Shown: positions 19,549 through 30,586 of the stretch, piece by piece | How the letters are laid out: every line of letters starts with the position of its first letter | Position numbering within the stretch: position 1 is the first letter of the stretch | Assembly (NCBI GenBank): GCA_963705615.1 | Contig: CAVPKE010000004.1 | Span: forward strand, 414,535 to 478,534 | Direction of reading: 5' to 3' | From: an uncultured beta proteobacterium | Lineage (GTDB): Bacteria; Pseudomonadota; Gammaproteobacteria; Burkholderiales; SHXO01 | Length of the DNA stretch: 64,000 nucleotides | Notes under the pieces: model-generated | What the model saw: the letters and a program-made list of their open reading frames with translations, nothing else | Told to the model about the DNA's origin: nothing | Databases searched by the model: none | Program-made: the position numbers and the translations under genes

Positions 19549-21869
19549 ATGACTGATCTGACCAAACAGCTGTCCAGAAGCCACGACATCTCTGCGAAAG
19601 TCGCGCAGGTTTTTCAGACGCGGGCGGGGCTCGCGCAGGAGCAATTCAGCGAGCGCGTCGAGAAGGCCTACAGCGCCTGCATGACTGAGTCGGCGACAAG
19701 CGCCGCATCGCCGTGGGATGTTTGGACCGATGGCGCGCGCTACGCAGTGGACCTTGCTCAGCGCTCGGTGCTGTTCTGGGACGCGCTGCGACAGCGCGGC
19801 AATAGCTTCGTCGAGCGGACACGCAAGGGGTTGCCGCCAGTGTTGCATTTTGACTACGAGACCGTGGTCGATGGGCGTTCGCTGGAGCGGCCGGTCAACT
19901 ACGCGCTGGTGCGGATCGTCCCGCCCGAGGGCGTGAAGGTGGATGCAACGCGGCGCCCTTACGTCATCATCGACCCGCGCGCCGGCCATGGCCCCGGCAT
20001 CGGCGGCTTCAAGGACGACTCGCAGGTGGGTGTGGCGTTGCGCGACGGGCACCCGGTGTATTTCGTGATCTTCTTTCCCGAGCCCGAACCCGGTCAAACG
20101 ATGCTGGATGTCTGCAGCGCGGAGCAGCAGTTCGTGCATCGTGTGCGCGAGCTGCACCCGGATGCGCCTAAGCCAGCCGTCGTCGGCAACTGTCAGGGCG
20201 GCTGGGCCGCGATGATGGTTGCCGCCGCCAATCCCGACGACACCGGGCCGATCGTCATCAACGGTGCGCCGATGTCCTACTGGGGTGGCGCCTGGAGCGA
20301 AGGCGAGGGCGACAACCCGATGCGCTACTCGGGCGGCCTGCTTGGGGGCACCTGGCTGGCGTCGCTGACTTCGGACCTGGGCGCGGGCAAGTTCGACGGC
20401 GCCTGGCTGGTGCAGAACTTCGAGAACCTGAATCCGGCGAACACTTTCTGGGACAAGTACTACCACGTGTTCGCCAACGTGGACACGGAACCACCCCGCT
20501 TCCTGGACTTCGAGCGCTGGTGGGGTGGGTTCTATCTGATGAACCGGGAAGAGATCGAATGGATCACGCAGAACCTCTTCGTCGGAAACAAGTTGTGGTC
20601 CGGCACGGTCAAGGCTGGCGACGGCGGTGTCTTCGATCTGCGCGAGATCAAGGTTCCCATTGTTCTGTTTGCGTCGATGGGCGACAACATCACGCCGCCC
20701 CAGCAAGCGTTCAACTGGGTGGCCGACGTGTACGGCAGCACCGATGAGATCAAGGCGCGCGGGCAGGTGATCGTCGGCTTGCTGCATCAGGATATCGGCC
20801 ACCTCGGGATCTTCGTGTCCGGCAAGGTGGCCAAGAAGGAGCACGCGCAGATCGTCTCGGTCATGGAATCGATCGAGGCGCTCCCGCCCGGGCTGTACGG
20901 CATGCAGATCGCCGAGCACAAGGGCGCCGACGGCAAACCCGTGTACGAAGTCAGCTTCGTCGAGCACCGGCTGGAGGATATCGCGGCCCGTCTGAATCGC
21001 TTCAAGCGCGCCGACGAGAAGCCCTTCGAAGCTGTGAGCGCCGTCTCCGAGTTCAACCAGCGCGCGTACGAGCTGTTCGCACAGCCTTTGATACAGGCCA
21101 TGTCCAACGACTACGGCGCAAAGCTCGCGCGTGAGTTTCACCCGCTGCGCTTCCAGCGCTGGGCCATATCCGATCTGAACCCCTGGCTCGGGTGGCTCGG
21201 ACCGGTTGCACAGGCGGTGAAGGCACAACGGCAGGCCGTGGGCCCCGACGATCTGCGGCGCAAGGCCGAGAGGATGGGGTCGGAGCTGATCAGCGCATCG
21301 CTGGACTACTACCGCGCTATGCGCGATGCGGTTAGCGAAGCCGCGTTCTTCGAACTGTACGGCAACCTGTTCTCGCTGTATCTGGCAGACAAGCGCGAAG
21401 CGACCGAGGAACACGCGGGTGACCGACCCGCGCGAGCTGCCCTTCGTCAAGGAGGCGCTGGCCTCGATCGACGAAGGCGGGTATGCGGAAGCGGCGGCGC
21501 GAGTAGCGTTCCTTCTGGCGCGCAAAGGCGAGCCGTTGCCGCTGTCCCGACTCCAGCTCAAGCAGGAGCTGATTGCCGATTATCGTGAGCTGCTGCCGGC
21601 CATCTCCTTGGATCAGGCACGCCGGATCCGAGGCGAGCAGGAGATCATCGTGCGCTACGAACCCGAGAAGGCGATCGAGACGCTGCCGGTGCTGTTGGGC
21701 GAACGCGCCGATCGCGACCGCCTGCTCACGTTGCTGGATCGGCTTCTTGCCGATGAACGCGTGCAGCGCGTCAAGCCGTCGGCCGAGCAGCTGGCGATGC
21801 TCGAGCGCATCCGCACCGTGCTCGGCTCCGCGGCGGCGCGGCGTCCACGAGTCGTCGTCGGCGAAGTGA
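19549..21869 (+). CDS. DUF3141-domain protein (PhaC-like alpha/beta-hydrolase family), frame breaks near 21418 and 21850
   Basis: ~770-aa reconstruction. TATAAT at 19514-19519 lies 30 nt upstream of the ATG. The stop is taken as TGA 21867-21869, which overlaps the pta ATG. Confidence 0.8.
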
Positions 21870-22830
21870 TGCAGCGCAGGCCGGAAGTGGAGCGCAAGCA
21901 CGAGAAGTACGAGCGCCTGCTGGCGCTTGCCAAAACGCTGCCGCCGCTGCCCACCGCGGTCGTCCATCCCTGCGACGAGTCTTCTCTGACGCGAGCGCCG
22001 TGGAGGCCGCGGAGATGGGGCTGATCGCGCCAATCCTGATCGGCCCTGCGGCGCGGATCAAGGCGGTGGCCCATAAGTACGGCCTCGATATTTCTCGATT
22101 CGAGATCGTGGACACGCCGCACAGCCATGCTTCCGCCGCCGAAGGCGTGCGGCTGGTCCGCGAGGGACGGGCCGAGTGCCTCATGAAAGGCAGCCTGCAC
22201 ACCGACGAGCTGATGGGCGCGGTGGTGGCGCGCGAAGGCGGGCTGCGCACGGCGCGGCGCATCAGCCACTGCTTCGTGATGGACGTGCCGACCTACTCGG
22301 AAGCGCTCATCGTCTCGGATGCAGCCGTGAACATCGCGCCCACGCTGGAGGAAAAGGTCGATATCGTGCAGAACGCGATCGATCTCGCGCACGCCCTCGG
22401 CGCTCGGGAAGTGCGGGTGGCGATCCTCTCGGCGATGGAGACGGTCAATCCCAAAGTTCCCTCGACGATCGAGGCGGCCGCACTGTGCAAGATGGCCGAC
22501 CGGGGACAGATTACCGGCGGCATACTGGACGGTCCGCTGGCGCTCGACAACGCGATCAATCTGCAGGCGGCGGAGATCAAGCACATCAAGTCGCCGGTGG
22601 CGGGCCGCGCCAACGTGCTGATCGTGCCGGACCTGGAAGCCGGGAACATGCTGGCCAAGAGCCTGTCTTTCCTGGCCGACGCCGATGCCGCCGGGATCGT
22701 GCTCGGTGCGCGTGTGCCGATCATCCTCACCAGCCGGGCCGACTCGGTCACCACGCGGCTCGCCTCCTGTGCGGTAGCCGCGCTCGTCGCCAAGGCTCGG
22801 CGCGAGACGCCCGCTCGGACCGTCGCCTGA
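21869..22830 (+). CDS. pta: Phosphate acetyl/butyryl-transferase (short Pta/Ptb type), frame break near 22000
   Basis: AVVHPCDE.SL.GA.EAA..GLI.PILIG, KGSLHTDELM, VSDAAVNI.P and VPDLEAGNMLAK are typical of the PTA_PTB family. Confidence 0.85.
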
Positions 22831-22875
22831 GCTTTCGCTTCGGCCTCGGTTAAGCAATCACGAGTCACTGCCCTC

Positions 22876-24067
22876 ATGGCTGACGCCATCGTCGTCCTGA
22901 ACGCAGGCTCTTCGAGCATCAAGTTCTCGCTCTTCCTGGTGCGAAAGGAGGAGCTCGAGCTGGAGCAGCGCGGCCAGATCGAAGGCATCTACACCGCGCC
23001 GCACTTCGTCGCGCAGGATCGGAGCGGCAAGCTGGCCGCCGAGAAATCCTGGGGCGAGGGCGCCGAGCTCGGTCACGCCGGCGCGCTCGAGTATCTGGTG
23101 GCGTATCTGCGCGAGGGGCTAGGCGGCGATCGCCTGAGTCGGCGTCGGCCATCGCGTCGTCCATGGTGGGCTCGAATACACGCAAGCCCGTGCGCCTGGA
23201 CTGCCGAGCGTGCTTGCAGGCGCTGGAGAAGTTCGTTCCGCTCGCCCCGCTGCATCAGCCGCACAACCTGGCGCCGATCCGGCTGCTGCTTGGAGCGCGC
23301 TACCGGATCTGCCGCAGGTCGCCTGCTTCGACACGTCGTTCCACCGCAGCAATCCGGAAATCGCGCAGATGTTCGCGCTGCCCGCCGAGCTGCACGCGCA
23401 GGGCGTGCGCCGCTACGGCTTCCATGGGCTGTCCTACGAGTACATCGCGTCTGTTCTGCCGAAGTTCGACCCGAAGGCTGCGGGCGGACGAACCGTCGTG
23501 CTGCACCTGGGCAACGGGTCGAGCATGTGCGCGATCCAGGCGGGCAAGAGCATGGCGAGCACGATGGGCTTTACCGCGGTGGAAGGCCTGCCCATGGGCA
23601 CGCGCAGCGGCTCGCTCGATCCGGGCGTGATCCTCTATCTCATGGATCAGCGCGGGATGGATGCGCGCGCGATCGAGAAGCTCATCTACAACCAGTCCGG
23701 CTTGCTCGGCGTATCGGGGATCTCGAGCGACATGCGCACGCTGCTGGCGAGCGATGATCCGCGCGCGAAGCTCGCGGTAGACCTGTACCTCTACCGTATC
23801 CGGCGCGAGCTGGGCTCGCTCGCCGCGGCACTGGGCGGGCTGGATGCGATCGTGTTCACCGCCGGCATCGGCGAGAACGCCGCGCTCATCCGCGAGCGCG
23901 TGTGTCGCGACGCAGCCTGGCTCGGAGTCGAGCTCGACGCAGCCGCGAACGCCAAGGGCGGCCCGCGCATCAGCGCCCCGGCCAGTCGCGTGTCCGCCTG
24001 GGTCATCCCCACCAACGAGGAGCTGATGATCGCGCGCCACACGCGGGCCCTGCTTCACGCCGTGTGA
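22876..24067 (+). CDS. ackA: Acetate kinase, three frame breaks (about 23135, 23185, 23295)
   Basis: VLNAGSSSIKF, GHRVVHGG, PLAPLHQPHNL, CFDTSFH, RYGFHGLSYEY, GNGSSMCA and VFTAGIGEN motifs are all present across frames. Confidence 0.9.
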
Positions 24068-24091
24068 TCGAGAGCACATCGGAACAGCAGC

Positions 24092-24610
24092 GTGGACCCG
24101 GCCCGATATTCGGCGACAGAGACGTTGCGCGACGGCCGCTCGATCGAGATCCGCGCATTGAAGCCCGCCGATCGCGACGAGCTGCTCAGCGCGGTCGGCC
24201 GCATGAGCGACCAGTCGATCTATCGTCGTTTCTTCTGACCCAAGCAAACCTTCACCGACGAGGAGGTCGCGTATTACACGAACGTCGACTTCGTCAATCA
24301 CGTCGCGCTGGTGGCAGTGCTCGAGGAGGATGGGCGCTCGGTCATCGTCGGCGGCACACGCTACATCGTTTCCGAACCCGGAGCGGCCGAGGTCGCCTTC
24401 GCTGTAGACGATGCTCACCAGGGGCAAGGCATTGGCGCGCTGCTGATGAAGCACCTTGCTGGGATCGCTCGTCGATCCGGGCTCAAGGAGCTGTTCGCTG
24501 AAGTGCTCCCGAACAACATGGCGATGCTGAAGGTGTTCGAGAAGAGCGGGCTCGGCGTGAGCACGAAGCGCGAGCAGGGCGTGGTTCACGTCACGATCAA
24601 AATTTCCTGA
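24092..24610 (+). CDS. Stand-alone Pat-type (protein lysine acetyltransferase-like) GNAT domain with in-frame TGA at 24236-24238
   Basis: IEIRALKPADRDELL...SIYRRFF[TGA]PK...FT.VDF..HVALVAV ... VDDAHQGQGIGALLMKHL. This matches the GNAT half of Pat/Acs-regulating acetyltransferases. Confidence 0.7.
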
Positions 24611-24645
24611 TTCTTCGCCTTCTTAACTCTTCAAGCCATTGACCT

Positions 24646-25431
24646 ATGACACTCGAAATTCCGCGCCCGGTCCTCAAGGGCAAGAAAGCGCTGGTGGTGG
24701 GCATCGCCAACGAGCATTCCATCGCGTACGGCTGTGCGTGCGGCCTTTCGCGAACTCGGAGCCGAGCTGGCGATCACCTACCTCAACGAGAAAGCGAAAG
24801 CCTACGTCGAGCCGCTGGCGCGCAAGCTGGAGGCGCCGATCTTCATGCCGCTCGACGTCTCGAAGCCGGGCGAGCTGGAGGCGGTGTTCGAGCGTGTCGC
24901 CAAGCACTGGGGGCAGCCTCGACATCCTGGTGCACTCGATCGCCTGGGCGCCGAAGGACGACCTGCAGGGCGGACTGCTCAACTGCAGCGCGGAAGGATT
25001 CGGCCGCGCGATGGACATCTCCTGCCACTCTTTCATCCGCATGGCGAAGCTGGCCGCGCCGTTGATGAGCGACGGAGGCAGCTTGTTCGCCATGAGCTAC
25101 TACGGCGCGCAGAAGGTCGTGCCCAACTACAACGTGATGGGCCCGATCAAAGCGGCGCTCGAGGCCGCTTGCCGCTATCTCGCGTACGAGCTGGGGCCGA
25201 AGGGCATCCGCGTTCACCCGATCTCGCCGGGCCCGCTCAAGACCCGTGCGGCATCGGGGCTCAAGGACTTCGACCTGCTGCTCAACGAGGCGGTGGGGAA
25301 AGCGCCGGTGGGCGAGCTGGTCGACATCATGGACGTGGGCTTCGCCTGCGCCTATCTGGCTACGCCCGTACGCCCGACGCATCACCGGCGGCACCGTGTA
25401 CGTCGACGGCGGCGTCAACATCATGGCTTGA
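24646..25431 (+). CDS. fabI: Enoyl-[acyl-carrier-protein] reductase (NADH), FabI type, three frame breaks (about 24735, 24915, 25370)
   Basis: GKKALVVGIANEHSIAYG, ILVHSIA.AP, MSYYGA.KV.PNYNVMG.KAALE and ITGG.VYVDGG motifs. Confidence 0.9.
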
Positions 25432-25780
25432 GTGTCCGCATCGAACGCTTACCTTCTCCTCCCGCCGCCCCCCGAGGGACGTGCTGGCGGCATTGGGCGT
25501 ACTGGCTGATGGGAGGCATGCGGCGGGCGCCTCGCCGGGCGGCGTGGTAGACGGCGGGGGAGTGCTGGGCGGTCCAACGTCAATCGAACCGCCGCCGTAC
25601 CAGTTGTTATATCCCCACGCGCTGCCGTAGTAGACGCCGTAGCCGTAGCTCACGCTCACGCCCACGCTGCTGGAACCGCCGCCGTCACTGGCGCAACCGC
25701 CTGCAACGACAACTGCGGCTGCCGCGACAAGGGCGAACGCGGCGCGCAGGGCGACTCTGGTGCGGCTCGCGCGGACTCAT
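25360..25780 (-). CDS. Possible small Gly/Tyr-rich lipoprotein (frame break just after start; 3' end uncertain)
   Basis: ATG 25780 overlaps the VOC stop (ATGA). After a shift it reads RVALRAAFALVAAAAVVVAGGCASDGGGSS.. (lipobox), then VSYGYGVYYGSAWGYNNWYGGG. Confidence 0.35.
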
Positions 25781-26703
25781 TGCGTCTCCGGCGTCACTTC
25801 GGCCAGGCCGAGCGCTGCACCCGTGGGATCGACGATCAGGGCGACGTGGCCGTCCCGGACTGCGGCATTCGGTGGTACCACGACGCGTGCGCCGGCCTGC
25901 TCGGCCCGCGTCGTCGCTGTCTTCACATCCTCCACCCGCAGGTAGGGCAGCCACGCCGGCGAAACAGCGGGCGAGGGCAAGGGGATGATGCTGCAGCGCG
26001 TATATCCGCCCGAGGCGAGGAAGTAGCCCAAGGTGCCGTCCGGCCTCTCCACCGGCGGTTCGAGCTCGTAGCCTGCGAGGCCGCTGTAGAAATCCGCCAT
26101 CGCCTTCGGGTTCTTGGCCCACAGCTCGATCCACACCCACTGCTTGTCTTCGGCCAGGTAATCGGGTGGATCTCCCGATGACGAGTGGATCACACCAAAC
26201 GGCGCACCCTCTGGATCCGCGAGAATGGCCACCTCGCCGCGCCCGTTGAGAAGCCGTGGCGGAACGACAACCTTGCCGCCGTGACCCGCCGCGTAGCGCG
26301 CCGCCGCCTTGACGTCCGGCACTGAGATCATGCCGAGCCAACGGCTTCCTGGCGTGTTGTCAAAAGTATGGTCGCGCTGAATGATGCCGCCGACCGGGTC
26401 GCCGTCGGAAACTGCCAGGATGTAGCCTGCGCCGCGCGGCGCCTCGAAGCTCTGGAACGCCCAGCCGAACGCCTGAGCGTAAAAGTGCGCTGCTGTCTTC
26501 GCATCCTCGCTGAACAGCTCTGCCCAGACCCATTTGCCGGGCACGTACTGGTGAGTGGGTGGCTCGGTGATCGGAGGCCATACCAGACCGTCGGCGAAGC
26601 ACGACGCGGTAGCGATGAGTGCGGTGGCGAGTCCGCTGACGAAAAGAACGGTTTTGCGCTGCAGCACGGCGATCCCCATCACCCGAGTCGAAAAGCGACG
26701 CAT
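25777..26703 (-). CDS. Secreted tandem VOC (glyoxalase/bleomycin-resistance fold) protein
   Basis: Signal peptide from ATG 26703. Two VOC repeats (VWAELFSEDAK.AA.FY...FGW and VWIELWAKNPKAMADFY..LAGY). Intact. Confidence 0.8.
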   Translation of the reverse strand: MRRFSTRVMGIAVLQRKTVLFVSGLATALIATASCFADGLVWPPITEPPTHQYVPGKWVWAELFSEDAKTAAHFYAQAFGWAFQSFEAPRGAGYILAVSDGDPVGGIIQRDHTFDNTPGSRWLGMISVPDVKAAARYAAGHGGKVVVPPRLLNGRGEVAILADPEGAPFGVIHSSSGDPPDYLAEDKQWVWIELWAKNPKAMADFYSGLAGYELEPPVERPDGTLGYFLASGGYTRCSIIPLPSPAVSPAWLPYLRVEDVKTATTRAEQAGARVVVPPNAAVRDGHVALIVDPTGAALGLAEVTPETQ

Positions 26704-26833
26704 ATTTGTAACCGCGTTGCAACAGAATAGCAAGTCGCAGTCAGTCGAGCTTTTCTCAACGCTTGACTTGCTACCTTACGTGAGGAGCTAGTAGCATTCA
26801 TTGAGAAAACTCGAACGCCAAAGAGCGCGTCCC

Positions 26834-26856
26834 ACGGTAGCAGCAGCTGCTACCGT
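26834..26856. promoter_or_regulatory. Perfect 10-bp inverted repeat between promoter region and RBS of the porin-decarboxylase-arc block
   Basis: ACGGTAGCAG-cag-CTGCTACCGT ends 7 nt before RBS AGGAGGA (26864-26870) and 23 nt before ATG 26880. Confidence 0.35.
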
Positions 26857-26879
26857 TGTATTCAGGAGGAGATCACCCC

Positions 26880-28303
26880 ATGAGGAAGCTGATCCTTGCT
26901 GTCGCGTTCGCGGTGGCCTGTCCGGTGACGTGCCAAGCCGACGAGCTGAGCGACCTGAAAGCCCAGCTCGATGCGGCGATGAAGTCGATCCAGGCAGTTG
27001 AAGCAACGCGTCGAAGCGCTCGAGGCGGAGAAGGCAAAAGCGCGGCCGGGTGCGGCACCAGCGCCGGCGGAGGCCAAGGCGGCCCCAGCGCCCGCAGCCG
27101 CGGAGGCAAAAGAGGCGGCCGCTCCGGCTCCTGCTGCTGCACCGACGATGGCCGCGGGAGCGCCGGTCGTCGCGCCCGACGCCACGCCGGAGAAGGGGGC
27201 ACCGGACTCGAACAAGGCGCGCTTGGAGATCAGCGGCAAGGTGCAGCTGGACCTCATCTACGACTTCAAGCGCATGAATCCGCACTGGAACGCCACGGAG
27301 CGGCCGTCGCAGATCCCGGTCACCTGTCCGGGCGATGCCGGTTGCGGCACAGGACGGCGAGACCATCTTCAGCGTCCGGCAGAGCGCGATCGCGTTCAAG
27401 GGCTACGTCCCGACCTCGGCTCGGCGAGCTCAAGACCGATCTGAGCTTCGACCTGTTCGGCACCGGCGGGGGCAACACGACAGATCCGCCTGCTCAACGC
27501 CTGGGCCGAGCTCGGGAAGTTCGGAGTGGGGCAGTACTACACCCTGTTCATGAACATCGACACCTTCCCGAACATCATCGACTACTGGGGACCCAGCGGC
27601 ATGACGTTCCTGCGCAATCCGCAGGTGCGCTATACGCCCATCGATCGCACCGGCATGAAGCTGGCGTTTTCGCTCGAGGCTCCCAACGCCGCCATCGATA
27701 CCGGGAAGGTATCCGACGTCGACCCGACGCTGGGCGTCGAGGGCTGGACCCCTTGGCCGGACTTCGTGGGCAATTTGACTCTCAACGGCGATTGGGGCGA
27801 ATTCCAGACCGGCGGGATCTTGCGCTCGGTCGGTTACCAGACAACCACCACCGCCAGCGGCAACCCGTCCGGCACGGTGACCGGATGGGGCATCAACGTC
27901 AACGGCTGGCTGAACACGTTCGGCAAGGACCGGATCACGGGGCAGCTCGTCTACGGCCACGCCATCGCGAGCTACATGAACGACGGCGGCGTCGATATCG
28001 CGCCGAATGCGAACCTGCAGGCGCAGGCGGTGCCGTCGATCGGCGGCTTCGTGTACTACGACCACTACTGGAGCGACAAGTGGAGCAGCTCGCTCGGCTT
28101 GAGCGCGCATCGTCAGGACAACACCGCCGGACAGCACGGCAACGCGTTCAAGCAAGGGCAGCTACGCCTCGACCAACCTGCTGTGGTATCCGGCGAAGAA
28201 CGTGCTGACGGGCGCCGAGCTGCTGTGGGGCAAGCTCGAGCAGTTCAACGGCGAGTCGGCCGACGACGTGCGCGTCCAGTTCTCCGGGCAGTTCAAGTTC
28301 TAG
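26880..28303 (+). CDS. DcaP-like outer-membrane porin (N-terminal coiled coil + Ala/Pro-rich linker + beta-barrel), about five frame breaks
   Basis: Signal peptide, then ELSDLKAQLDA...KQRVEALEAEKAK, AP-rich linker, barrel strands, and a C-terminal VRVQFSGQFKF stop at 28301-28303. Confidence 0.7.
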
Positions 28304-28322
28304 CCGCGCGGCGGAGGAATTC

Positions 28323-30586
28323 ATGCAATTCCTACAAGCGTTTCCCATCGCCATCATCGACGAGGACTACGAAGGCAAGCACGCCGCCGGGCGCGGCATG
28401 CGGCAGCTCGCAGCTGCGATCGAGAAGGAAGGATTTCGTGTGGTGGCCGGTCTCAGCTACGAAGACGCGCGGCGGCTGGTCAACGTCTTCAACAGCGAAT
28501 CGTGCTGGCTGGTCTCGGTGGACGGCGCGGAGGCCACCCCGAAGCAATGGCAGATCCTGGAGGAGGTGCTGGCCGCCAAGCGCAGCCGCAACGACCGGCT
28601 GCCGATCTTCCTGTTCGGCGACGAGCGCACGGCGGAAATGGTTCCGGCAAGCGTGCTCAAGCACGCGAACGCCTTCATGCGCCTGTTCGAGGACTCGGCC
28701 GAGTTCCTGGCCCGCGCGATCGCCCGCTCGGCGCAGCTCTACCTCGAGCGCCTGCCGCCGCCGATGTTCAAGGCGCTCATGGACTACACGCTGCACGCCA
28801 GCTACTCCTGGCACACGCCCGGTCACGGCGGCGGAACGGCGTTCCGCAAGAGCCCGGTGGGCCAGCTGTTCTACGAGTTCTTCGGCGAGAACACGTTGCG
28901 CTCCGACATTTCGGTGTCGGTGGGCCAGCTCGGCTCGCTGCTCGACCACACGGGGCCGATCGCCGAAGGCGAGCGCAACGCGGCGCGGATCTTCGGCGCG
29001 GACGAGACCCTGTTCGTGGTCGGCGGCACTTCGACCTCGAACAAGATCGTCTGGCACGGCACCGTTTCCCGCGGCGACCTCGTGCTGTGCGACCGCAACT
29101 GCCACAAATCGATCCTGCACTCGCTGGTCATGACCGGGGCCACGCCGATCTACCTCGTCCCCTCGCGCAACGGTCTGGGCATCATCGGACCGATCTCGCG
29201 GGAGCAGTTCACGCCCGAGTCGATTCGGCGAAAGATCGCCGCCAGCCCGTTCGCGAAGGAGACGAGCGGCAAGGTGCGTCTGATGGTGATGACCAACTCC
29301 ACCTACGACGGCCTGTGCTACAACGTCGACGCCATCAAGCAGACGCTCGGCGACGCGGTGGACGTGCTGCACTTCGACGAGGCCTGGTACGCCTACGCCA
29401 ATTTCCACGAGTTCTACGACGGCTATCACGCCATCTCGTCCGAGCGCCCGGCGCGCTCGCCGCACGCCATCACCTTCGCCACGCAGTCCACGCACAAGCT
29501 CCTGGCCGCGCTGTCGCAGGCGTCCATGATCCACGTTCAGCACGGCGAGACGCAGCGGCTGGACATGGCGCGCTTCAACGAGGCGTTCATGATGCACACC
29601 TCGACCTCGCCGCAGTACGGCATCATCGCGTCCTGCGACGTCGCCGCCGCCATGATGGAGCAGCCGGCCGGCCGGGCGCTGGTGCAGGAGACGATCGACG
29701 AGGCGCTGAGCTTCCGCCGCGCCATGACCGCGGTGAAAAAGCAGCTGAACGGCTCGTGGTGGTTCGACGTCTGGCAGCCCGACGCGATGGCCAAGCGGCC
29801 GACCGATGAGCAGTCCGCCTGGGTGCTGAAACCCGGCGACCGGTGGCACGGGTTCGAAGAGCCTGGCCGAGAACCACGTGCTGGTCGACCCGATCAAGGT
29901 CACCATCCTCACGCCCGGGTCTGTCTGCCGACGGCAACATGCAGGAGCACGGCATCCCCGCCGCCGTGGTCACGCGGTTCCTGTCCGCCCGCCGCATCGA
30001 GATCGAGAAGACCGGCCTGTACTCCTTCCTGGTGCTGTTCTCGATGGGCATCACCAAGGGCAAGTGGAGCACGCTCGTCACCGAGCTCATCAACTTCAAG
30101 GATCTGTACGACGCCAACGCGCCGCTCAAGCGCGTGCTGCCGGCATTGGCGGAGGCGCATCCGGACGCCTACGCGAAGATGGGACTCAAGGATCTCTGCG
30201 AGCAGATGCACCGGACCTACCGCGAGGACAATCTGCCCAAAGCGCAGAAGGACATGTACACCACGCTGCCCGAGATGGCGATGCGGCCGGCCGATGCTTA
30301 CGAATGCCTCGTGCGCGGGCGCGTGGAGAGCGTGGAGATCGACAACCTGATGGGCCGCACGCTGGGGGTGATGGTGGTGCCCTACCCGCCCGGCATTCCC
30401 GTGATCATGCCGGGCGAGCGCATCACGCCGGCGACCAAGTCGATTCAAGACTACCTGCTGTACGCGCGCGAGTTCGACCGGAAGTTCCCCGGCTTCGAGA
30501 CCGACATCCACGGGCTGCGCTTCGAGCCGACCGCCGGCGGCAGGCGCTATCTGGTGGACTGCATCACACAAGGAGCCGATCGATGA
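28323..30586 (+). CDS. ldcA: Orn/Lys/Arg decarboxylase, LdcA-type (wing domain + PLP fold I), frame breaks near 29865 and 29918
   Basis: Near-colinear with the remembered P. aeruginosa LdcA: YSWHTPGHGGG.A.RKSPVGQ.F..FFGENTLRSD.SVSV..LGSLLDHTGP, DRNCHKSILHS, STHK, LYSFLVLFSMGITKGKWSTLVTEL. Substrate not assignable from sequence alone. Confidence 0.9.

Noticed and set aside
19465-21561. 698-aa ORF on the minus strand opposite the DUF3141 gene. Similar long antisense ORFs occur at 40926-43235, 28332-29912, 31424-32578, 36609-37637, 37502-38674 and 12424-13215.
   Set aside because: These are shadow ORFs, typical of high-GC DNA. Their translations are Arg/Ala/Gly/Pro-rich with no family pattern, while the opposite strand encodes strongly recognisable proteins.
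21326-22024. Apparent read-through fusion of the DUF3141 C-terminus with phosphate acetyltransferase
   Set aside because: GTGATG at 21866-21871 gives a TGA stop in the neighbouring frame that overlaps the pta ATG. A nearby indel most simply explains the missing stop in the current frame.
24236-24238. In-frame TGA in the GNAT gene as selenocysteine or other recoding
   Set aside because: The position aligns with a Ser/Thr in the RRFFS motif of homologs, not with a redox Cys/Sec site. I saw no convincing SECIS-like hairpin immediately downstream. A single TCA-to-TGA change or a base error is simpler.
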